Positions 1 through 5,907 of a DNA stretch of 11,218 nucleotides are shown piece after piece. Each line of letters opens with the position of its first letter. The first letter of the stretch is position 1. The stretch covers positions 1 to 11,218 of the forward strand of contig DYDG01000074.1 in assembly GCA_020717845.1 (NCBI GenBank), written 5' to 3'. Both the position numbers and the translations under genes were made by a program. This stretch comes from Marinifilum sp. (GTDB lineage Bacteria > UBA9089 > CG2-30-40-21). The notes beneath the pieces were generated by a model. The model worked only from the letters and a program-made list of their open reading frames with translations. It was not told the DNA's origin and did no database searches.

Positions 1-1
1 A

Positions 2-247
2 AGTCTTAGTGAACCTTCGTGTCTTAGTGCCTTCGTGGCAGAATTTGTGGCAGAAATTATTCGCTTTGCGGTGATTGAAAAATTGCACCCACATGTGTTG
101 GCAATTCATGCAATTGTGGTTAAAATTATCAAAAATTTGCGACCTATTGTGGTCGTTGAGCCTGTCGAAACGTGGAATTTAGATGCGTTTACCCTATCAA
201 TAGCCATAAATAATATTGACCAAATGATAAATATATGCTATACTTAA
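2..247 (+). CDS. 5'-truncated CDS (C-terminal fragment, unknown function). The frame is open from the window edge and the first in-window start (GTG) is at 35.
   Basis: The reading frame beginning at nt 2 has no stop codon until TAA at 245-247, so the 35..247 ORF very likely continues upstream of the window. Codons show strong G-in-first-position bias (GCA/GAA/GTG/GTT/GTC and similar), which is typical of genuine coding sequence. The translation has no recognisable family signature. The DNA here carries short tandem repeats: gtcttagtg(aa)ccttcgtg twice, and gtggcagaa twice. Confidence 0.35.
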   Translation, partial: SLSEPSCLSAFVAEFVAEIIRFAVIEKLHPHVLAIHAIVVKIIKNLRPIVVVEPVETWNLDAFTLSIAINNIDQMINICYT

Positions 248-426
248 CATTGGTATAACTTGTGATTTTTGTGGCAGCACAGGCTTCCAGTCTGTGTGCA
301 TGGCGTGAAAAATCAAGGTTTGATGAGAAAAGATGAGAAAAAAATTGCGACGGTTGGATAACCACAGGCAGGAATGTCTGTGCCATGTTGCAACGTCAAG
401 CCTAACACAAATCAAGGAAATAACTA

Positions 427-1434
427 ATGCGTGAAAAAAAGATAAAGCACAGTTTGTCACATGCTTGTTTTTTGTATCATTATATCTGTGGCAGCCATGT
501 TCTGAATTATATGCCCATGAATCTTATGATTGAACCTACGAACAGGTGCAACCTTAGATGCCGTATGTGTCCGCAGGATGGGCTTATGACTCGAGAGAAG
601 GGTATGATGGATTTTGAGCTTTATAAGCGAGTCATTGATGATGCAAAGAGGTTTGTCTGGTGTGTCCAATTGTTTCACACAGGTGAGTCACTGCTTCACC
701 CAAGACTTCCGGAGATGGTTGAGTATGCCTGGCAAGCAGGCATGTATACAGTGCTTAATACTAATGCCTGCCTGCTGACTGAGGAAAAGTCATCCCAGCT
801 AATCAGGGCGGGTCTTTCCCAGATATCGTTTTCCTTTGATGGTCCAACCCAGCAAGCCTATGAGCAATCAAGGGTAGGGGCATCATATGTTCAGGTGATG
901 AACAATATCAAGGCGTTTCTTGCCTTAAAAAAACAGCAGAAGGCAAGGCAGCCATATACTATTATTGAGGTTATCCCTATGAAAGAAACGCAGGGCTATT
1001 TGCCTGATTTCTTGAAGGAACTTGAATCCTTTGGGGCAGATGATGTGAGATGCTGGGGGTATCATGAATGGACACATAATAGGTCAAAAGATAGCTGCTA
1101 TTACCCATGTGAATATCCATATACTACTATGGCTGTTTATTGGGATGGCCGGGTTGGACCGTGTTGCATGGATTATGATGGCAAATACATTATTGGCAAT
1201 GTCAGAGAACAATCTCTGTCTCAAATATGGAATTCATCAAAACTTCAGAGGTTAAGGGCTGCTTTTCGGGATAAGAGCTATTCCCAGATAGAGCCTTGCC
1301 AGAATTGTTCGTTCCTTACCTCTCCCAAAACATATGTTTCATTGTCTGGCAAGGCATTCAAGATCCTTTCTGGCATGGTGGGGAATATAATAAGCTGTCA
1401 GCGTTCAGCTATCAGCTGTCAGTCGTCAAGGTGA
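427..1434 (+). CDS. Radical SAM enzyme with a C-terminal SPASM/twitch-type cysteine cluster
   Basis: Canonical CxxxCxxC motif (IEPTNRCNLRCRMCPQDG) near the N-terminus. A GGEPLL-like SAM-binding motif is present (HTGESLLHP). The C-terminal region is Cys-rich (CWGYHEW...CYYPCEY...GPCCMDYDG...EPCQNCSF), consistent with an auxiliary Fe-S (SPASM) domain. An AGGAAA RBS-like sequence lies 7 nt upstream of the ATG at 427. An alternative in-frame start at 511 (MPMNLMIEPTNRC) is possible. Confidence 0.85.
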   Translation: MREKKIKHSLSHACFLYHYICGSHVLNYMPMNLMIEPTNRCNLRCRMCPQDGLMTREKGMMDFELYKRVIDDAKRFVWCVQLFHTGESLLHPRLPEMVEYAWQAGMYTVLNTNACLLTEEKSSQLIRAGLSQISFSFDGPTQQAYEQSRVGASYVQVMNNIKAFLALKKQQKARQPYTIIEVIPMKETQGYLPDFLKELESFGADDVRCWGYHEWTHNRSKDSCYYPCEYPYTTMAVYWDGRVGPCCMDYDGKYIIGNVREQSLSQIWNSSKLQRLRAAFRDKSYSQIEPCQNCSFLTSPKTYVSLSGKAFKILSGMVGNIISCQRSAISCQSSR

Positions 1435-1512
1435 AGGATGAATGGATAGCTTGCCTTACTTAAGTAAAAATGTATGACCCTATGCAAAAAACGGAGAAAA
1501 CGGAGAAAATAG

Positions 1513-2532
1513 ATGCGGTTAAGAACAAAGATAGTGCTCGGCATATTGTTAGAGATATTATTGATATGTCTCTGGCTTCATTTTATTGATGTTAAAACGG
1601 CTGTATCACACCTCAAAAAAATTAATATCAACCTGATCTGCGTGGGTATGCTCTGTTATGTTAGTGCATATTTTATAAGAAGCATTCGCTGGAAGATTAT
1701 CTTGAACCCAATTGTCTCTGTTTCTGTCCGAAAGATATTTGCCTTGTATACTGCCGGTATGTTTGTCAACTACCTTTTTCCGCCATTACGCGGCGGGGAA
1801 TTTACCAAGAGTATCTTCCTTCGTAAAATGGATGATGTGGGTATTTCTCAAACATTGCCAACGGTTTTTGTAGATAAGGTTATTGAGGCATCGCCTGTGG
1901 TTTTTATCTTTTGCGGCATTGTTTTTTCTCCATATGTTCCAGGCTTAGCAAAGATAATCATGTTCCCTATGCTGGTTGTCTTTTTAGTGTTTGCTACCTT
2001 GTTTATCATCGCTGCAAAAAAAAAGGAAATGACCAGCAAAAGATTAAAAGCTATTTTTCGCTGGCTTCCTAAGAGATTTCAACACAAGTTGTTTGAGGCA
2101 ATTGATTCCTCTTTTTCAGGCATAGTTATCTTAGATAAACACCCCATAAAGCTCTTGGGACTTGTGCTCTTATCTGTTCTTGCCTCTATGTTGGATGCCT
2201 CCTACATCTTCTTGTTTTTCAAGGCATTTGGGGTGGCAATACCCTTCTGGGTTGCCCTTGTTGGCTATACCCTGGTTACCTTTTCTTATATCGTTCCCAA
2301 TCCACCCTGTCAGGTAGGCAGCACTGAGGTAGTAATTATCCTTATCTTTTCAGGGATATTTGGCATTGATAAAAACATGGTAGCTGCTGTTGATATTCTG
2401 GCTCATATCCTGACCGGGCTATCTATCATCATTGGCGGCAGCTTTTCTTTGAGTATGATTGGATTAAAGCTTAAGGAATTAGTAGAGCTGGAAGAAAAGA
2501 TGGATGATGAATATGAGGAGAAAGCAGGGTAG
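1513..2532 (+). CDS. Polytopic membrane protein of the YbhN/UPF0104 'lysylphosphatidylglycerol-synthase TM region / flippase-like' family
   Basis: About 8 hydrophobic helices. The N-terminal pattern (MRLRTKIVLGILLEILLICLWL...IRSIRWKIIL) with an R-x-x-R-W motif after the second helix is typical of PF03706-type proteins. A GGAG RBS lies 8-9 nt upstream of the ATG. The C-terminus is acidic (EEKMDDEYEE). Confidence 0.7.
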   Translation: MRLRTKIVLGILLEILLICLWLHFIDVKTAVSHLKKININLICVGMLCYVSAYFIRSIRWKIILNPIVSVSVRKIFALYTAGMFVNYLFPPLRGGEFTKSIFLRKMDDVGISQTLPTVFVDKVIEASPVVFIFCGIVFSPYVPGLAKIIMFPMLVVFLVFATLFIIAAKKKEMTSKRLKAIFRWLPKRFQHKLFEAIDSSFSGIVILDKHPIKLLGLVLLSVLASMLDASYIFLFFKAFGVAIPFWVALVGYTLVTFSYIVPNPPCQVGSTEVVIILIFSGIFGIDKNMVAAVDILAHILTGLSIIIGGSFSLSMIGLKLKELVELEEKMDDEYEEKAG

Positions 2533-2584
2533 GGGAGTGAAGGGAGTAAAAAGTGATTGATTACGCCTCGCTTTAATTTTTTGC

Positions 2585-2613
2585 TTGACATTTTTCATTT
2601 CTTGTGGTAAAAT
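2585..2613 (+). promoter_or_regulatory. Near-consensus sigma-70/SigA promoter: TTGACA, 17-bp spacer, extended -10 TGgTAAAAT
   Basis: The -35 TTGACA is at 2585-2590, followed by a 17-nt spacer. TG is at 2605-2606 and TAAAAT at 2608-2613. An A/T-rich UP-like tract (ctttaatttttt) sits immediately upstream. The ATG of the track ORF at 2585 lies inside the -35 hexamer. Confidence 0.6.
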
Positions 2614-2644
2614 ATTAATCACTGGGAGAAAAGGAGGTGATGTT

Positions 2645-3445
2645 TTGCAGTTACGTATAATTATTGGTGGTTGTTTGCTGGTTATCTCTTGCTTTGTGCT
2701 TATGAATTTTACCCAGCCAGCAAAAATTTCTGTCTATGTGGATGGAAAATTTATTGAATTAAAAACAGATCAACAGACAGTAGGTGAAGCCCTTAAGGAA
2801 TGTCACATCGAGATTGGACAAAATGATATTGTTAAACCCAATGTAACAGAAAATATCCAGGATGGATTGGATATTAGAATCTATCGCGTCCAGACAAGAA
2901 CCAAACAACAAAGCTATTCTATCCCTTATTCTACATTGATTCAGTATGATAATTCTATGCCTAAGGGGAAAGAAAAAATAAAACAGGCCGGAAAAGAGGG
3001 AAAAAGAAATCTGCAAACAGATATGCTTTACATAGACGATGTTATGATTGGCTTGAAAGAAACAAAAAAGACAGTGGAAACGCCAAGCCCAAAGATTATC
3101 TGTGTTGGAACCAAAAAGGTAATCCAGCCAATGTCTATGACCGCTAAGGTTAAGAATATCCTGAATATGGGTGCCACCGCTTATTCCCGCCATGTCCAAT
3201 CTTGCGGTAAATGGGCAAAATGGGGACGAACTAAAATGGGATTAAAAGCAAAGTATGGGGTAGCAGCTGTGGATCCAAGAATTGTTCCGCTTGGGACAAA
3301 ATTATATGTTGAGGGATATGGTCATGCTCTTGCAGCTGATACTGGCAGTGCTATAAAAGGGAAAAGGATTGATCTTTGTTTTGATACCCATCAGGAAGCT
3401 GTTCGCTATGGGTATAAGCAGATAAAGGTGTATGTGTTGGAGTAA
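2645..3445 (+). CDS. DUF348-G5-3D domain cell-wall protein (YabE-like; 3D domain as in MltA-type lytic transglycosylases and Rpf/Sps proteins)
   Basis: N-terminal signal-anchor helix (LQLRIIIGGCLLVISCFVLM). A DUF348-like segment follows (ISVYVDGKFIELKTDQQTVGEAL...IRIYRV), then a G5-like region ending ...KIICVGTK. The C-terminal 3D domain is present (AAVDPRIVPLGTKLYVEGYGHALAADTGSAIKGKRIDLCFDTHQEA). Start is reassigned to TTG at 2645, which has an AAGGAGG RBS at 2631-2637 with 7-nt spacing and lies downstream of the promoter at 2585-2613. The track's ATG at 2585 is the -35 box. Confidence 0.8.
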   Translation: MQLRIIIGGCLLVISCFVLMNFTQPAKISVYVDGKFIELKTDQQTVGEALKECHIEIGQNDIVKPNVTENIQDGLDIRIYRVQTRTKQQSYSIPYSTLIQYDNSMPKGKEKIKQAGKEGKRNLQTDMLYIDDVMIGLKETKKTVETPSPKIICVGTKKVIQPMSMTAKVKNILNMGATAYSRHVQSCGKWAKWGRTKMGLKAKYGVAAVDPRIVPLGTKLYVEGYGHALAADTGSAIKGKRIDLCFDTHQEAVRYGYKQIKVYVLE

Positions 3446-3548
3446 GGCTGAAGGCTTGAAGATTGAAGACTGAAGGCTGAAGACTTTTAGGGATAAATGC
3501 GATAAATAGATGATTGTTCTGTATCCTTCAGCCTTCAGCCTTCAAGCC
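3446..3548. repeat. Imperfect inverted repeat built from tandem heptamers (T)TGAAGRC on the left arm and CCTTCAG copies on the right arm, about 40-nt loop
   Basis: Left arm 3446-3486 reads ggcTGAAGGCtTGAAGAtTGAAGACTGAAGGCTGAAGAC. Right arm 3525-3548 reads CCTTCAGCCTTCAGCCTTCAAGCC. The 13-nt segment ctgaaggctgaag pairs perfectly with cttcagccttcag. The element lies between the 3D-gene stop (3443-3445) and the SPFH-gene RBS. Confidence 0.6.
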
Positions 3549-3579
3549 TATCTACCTATATATTATTGGAGGTATTTTT

Positions 3580-4347
3580 ATGGATATGTCTATTTTGGTT
3601 ATTCTGGGTGGTTTGATCTGGCTTATTGTCAGCGGGGTCAAGATAATTCAAGAGTATGAACGTGGTGTGGTGTTCAGGCTTGGTCGTTTGATTGAAAAGG
3701 AAAGGGGTCCTGGTATTATCTACATTATCCCATTCTTTGAAAAATGGATAAAGGTAGACCTGCGAACCATGACCATGGAGATCCCGCCTCAGGAGGTAAT
3801 CACTCAGGATAATGTTACTGTCAGGGTGACTGCTGTCGGGTATTTTCGGGTAATTCGACCTCCAGATGCTATCACTAAGATTAGCAATTATACCTATGCC
3901 ACATCACAGATTGCTCAAACAACCCTAAGGAGTGTCCTGGGGCAGTCAGACCTTGATACATTATTGTCTCAAAGGGAAAAGATAAACCAGACACTTCAAC
4001 ACATCATTGATTCTCAAACAGACCCATGGGGAATTAAGGTGAGTGTCGTTGAGGTTAAGGATGTAGAGCTGCCAGAGAATATGAAGAGGGCTATGGCAAA
4101 ACAGGCAGAGGCAGAAAGAGAAAGAAGGGCAAAAATCATTCACGCTGAAGGGGAATTCCAGGCTTCAGAAAAACTTGCCCAAGCAGCAGATGCACTATCA
4201 AGAAATCCTATGTCTTTGCAGCTTAGATACTTGCAGACATTGTCCGAGATATCTACAGAAAAGAATTCAACGATAATCTTTCCGTTGCCAATAGATTTGA
4301 TGGAAGCATTCAGAGGAATGATGAATAGAGTATCAAAGAGCCAATAG
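3580..4347 (+). CDS. SPFH/band-7 (stomatin/prohibitin-like, QmcA/YbbK-type) membrane protein
   Basis: N-terminal TM helix followed by the SPFH core ([16 protein letters not shown]...[23 protein letters not shown]...). A C-terminal coiled-coil follows, rich in [13 protein letters not shown]. Start is reassigned to ATG 3580, which has a GGAGG RBS at 3568-3572. The track ORF starts at 3514, but that stretch lies inside the upstream inverted repeat. Confidence 0.85.
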   Translation: MDMSILVILGGLIWLIVSGVKIIQEYERGVVFRLGRLIEKERGPGIIYIIPFFEKWIKVDLRTMTMEIPPQEVITQDNVTVRVTAVGYFRVIRPPDAITKISNYTYATSQIAQTTLRSVLGQSDLDTLLSQREKINQTLQHIIDSQTDPWGIKVSVVEVKDVELPENMKRAMAKQAEAERERRAKIIHAEGEFQASEKLAQAADALSRNPMSLQLRYLQTLSEISTEKNSTIIFPLPIDLMEAFRGMMNRVSKSQ

Positions 4348-4418
4348 CAAAGGAAAATCGTAGAGAAATAGTTCGGGTATCCAGAGGTCAAAATTCAGAA
4401 TATGCAGGTATTTGCAAT

Positions 4419-5624
4419 ATGATGATAGTCCATTTTTTTCTATTAATAGTAAGCATACTGCTTATTTCCTCTTCATCTGCTGCGGCAAGAATGGCATTTC
4501 TTAAGGTTGATGTTGGTGCCAGGGCAGCGGGTATGGGTGGAGCATTTGTTGCAGCAGGAGATGATACCGCCAGTATCTGGTCTAATCCAGCTGGTCTTTC
4601 CATGATAAAAACTGAGGAGGTTGCCTTCCATCATCAGGACTGGCTTCAGGATACTCGTTATGAATGTCTTGCTTATGCCTACCCAGCCAAAAATCTTACC
4701 ATTGGGATAAGCCTTAATCATCTGTCTTTAAACCATATTCCTGAGGTATTAAGGGATACAGATGATGAGCCAAAGCTCACAAACAGGTTGTTTGACGTCT
4801 CAAATATGTCCGGGATGTTTGTTGTAAGCAGACAAGTAAACAAAAATATATCCATTGGCAGCGGATTTAAGTATCTTCAAGAACAACTCGATAATAATAA
4901 GGTTAATGCCGGGGCAATTGACCTTGGTTGTCTTTATACCCCAAACAATTCTCTTTGCCTTGCCTTAAGTGTTCAAAATATTGGTTACAAAATACAGACA
5001 GATAGGGATGAGTTTGCCTTGCCTCTGATGTATCGTATTGGTGCTGCATGGAAGACAGAAGTCTCATGTTTTGGGATTGAACTGAATAAAGCGACGAATA
5101 GGGAATTGAGGGGTTGTGCTGGAATGGAGTTAAAAATAGCTAACCCAATAACTGTAAGGTGTGGGTATCAGTTCCTGACAGATAATGAACATGGCAGCTT
5201 CAAGGATATGCCTGAGAAGGTCTCTCTTGGCTTTGGCGTGAAAATCGGCAGAACAACTATTGATTATGCCTTTGCCCCATATGGGGTTCTGGAAGATACA
5301 CATCGGGTTTCAATCAAGACTAAGTTTGGACAGCAGCGTTTTACTACTGAAAAAGCTGCTGCTATAGAAAAAGAAGGGTTTGTTGAAGAGAATAAGCAGA
5401 TTGAGGAAGTCGAGAAAGGCGAGAAAGATGCTTCTGAAGACATGGTTATTGTGACTACAGATAATGCCCCGCTTCGAGAGGGACCTGGTGCAAATTATTC
5501 TGTTATTGCTAAAGTAAAGAAGGGAACAAGGTTAATGGTTGTTGGCAGACATGAAGAAATGTATTACAGGGTTGTGCTGCCTGATGGAGCATACGGCTGG
5601 ATATGTAGTATTTTTGTGGAATGA
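4419..5624 (+). CDS. Secreted (signal-peptide) beta-barrel-type outer-membrane protein with a PorV/UPF0164-like N-terminal motif, a charged linker and a C-terminal SH3b (SH3_3) domain
   Basis: Signal peptide MMIVHFFLLIVSILLISSSSAAA. The motif DVGARAAGMGGAFVAAGDDTASIWSNPAGL is characteristic of PorV/UPF0164-type OM beta-barrels. The sequence ends with a run of alternating amphipathic strands. A K/E-rich linker follows (EKAAAIEKEGFVEENKQIEEVEKGEKDASED). The terminal module (MVIVTTDNAPLREGPGANYSVIAKVKKGTRLMVVGRHEEMYYRVVLPDGAYGWI) matches bacterial SH3b. Confidence 0.7.
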   Translation: MMIVHFFLLIVSILLISSSSAAARMAFLKVDVGARAAGMGGAFVAAGDDTASIWSNPAGLSMIKTEEVAFHHQDWLQDTRYECLAYAYPAKNLTIGISLNHLSLNHIPEVLRDTDDEPKLTNRLFDVSNMSGMFVVSRQVNKNISIGSGFKYLQEQLDNNKVNAGAIDLGCLYTPNNSLCLALSVQNIGYKIQTDRDEFALPLMYRIGAAWKTEVSCFGIELNKATNRELRGCAGMELKIANPITVRCGYQFLTDNEHGSFKDMPEKVSLGFGVKIGRTTIDYAFAPYGVLEDTHRVSIKTKFGQQRFTTEKAAAIEKEGFVEENKQIEEVEKGEKDASEDMVIVTTDNAPLREGPGANYSVIAKVKKGTRLMVVGRHEEMYYRVVLPDGAYGWICSIFVE

Positions 5625-5629
5625 ATGCA

Positions 5630-5654
5630 ACTCAAGCTGGAAGCCAGCTTGAGT
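5630..5654 (+). terminator. Perfect 11-bp stem / 3-nt loop hairpin 6 nt after the OM-protein stop; no clean U-tract
   Basis: actcaagctgg-aag-ccagcttgagt. The following sequence is atcctgaatcatgtttcg, which is only weakly U-rich. It could be an intrinsic terminator or an mRNA-stabilising hairpin. Confidence 0.35.
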
Positions 5655-5732
5655 ATCCTGAATCATGTTTCGACAGGCTCAATGACCACATTCGGTCCCT
5701 GAGCAGCAGTCGAAGGGCGGTCCCTGAGCTTG

Positions 5733-5859
5733 TCGACAGGCTGTTACGGAATAAGAATTTGGCACGAGAGGTACGCAATATGTTGGGTCAAATTTACTAT
5801 TGTCCACCATATGTGGTATGCCGTTGTCACTGATTTTGCATTCCGTAACAGCCTGTCGA
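5733..5859. repeat. Pair of perfect 20-bp inverted repeats (tcgacaggctgttacggaat / attccgtaacagcctgtcga) separated by 87 bp, embedded in a cluster of shorter direct repeats
   Basis: 5733-5752 is the exact reverse complement of 5840-5859. The same region repeats tcgacaggct (5660 and 5733), ggtccctgagc (5694 and 5719), gtcgaagggc (5709 and 5855) and caatgacc (5670 and 5864). Confidence 0.7.
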
Positions 5860-5907
5860 AGGGCAATGACCGCAAGCAAGATGCTTGTGTAACAACAATG
5901 AGGCACT

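Noticed and set aside
35-60. TGGCAG...GTGGCAG looked like a possible sigma-54 (-24 GG / -12 GC) promoter
   Set aside because: The spacing and the -12 element (TTGCW) do not match. GTGG is present where TTGC is required.
1395-1432. AGCTGTCAG direct repeat at the 3' end of the radical-SAM gene, and the AAAACGGAG x2 repeat before the next gene
   Set aside because: Short 9-mer duplications within or next to coding sequence are likely incidental. The second simply embeds the GGAG RBS.
2585-2644. ATG at 2585 as the start of the DUF348-G5-3D gene, as in the ORF track
   Set aside because: The ATG is part of the -35 hexamer TTGACATTT of a consensus promoter. The RBS is positioned for TTG 2645.
3514-3579. 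ATG at 3514 as the SPFH gene start
   Set aside because: The first 22 codons lie inside the right arm of the heptad inverted repeat and have no RBS. GGAGG-N7-ATG at 3580 is a much better start.
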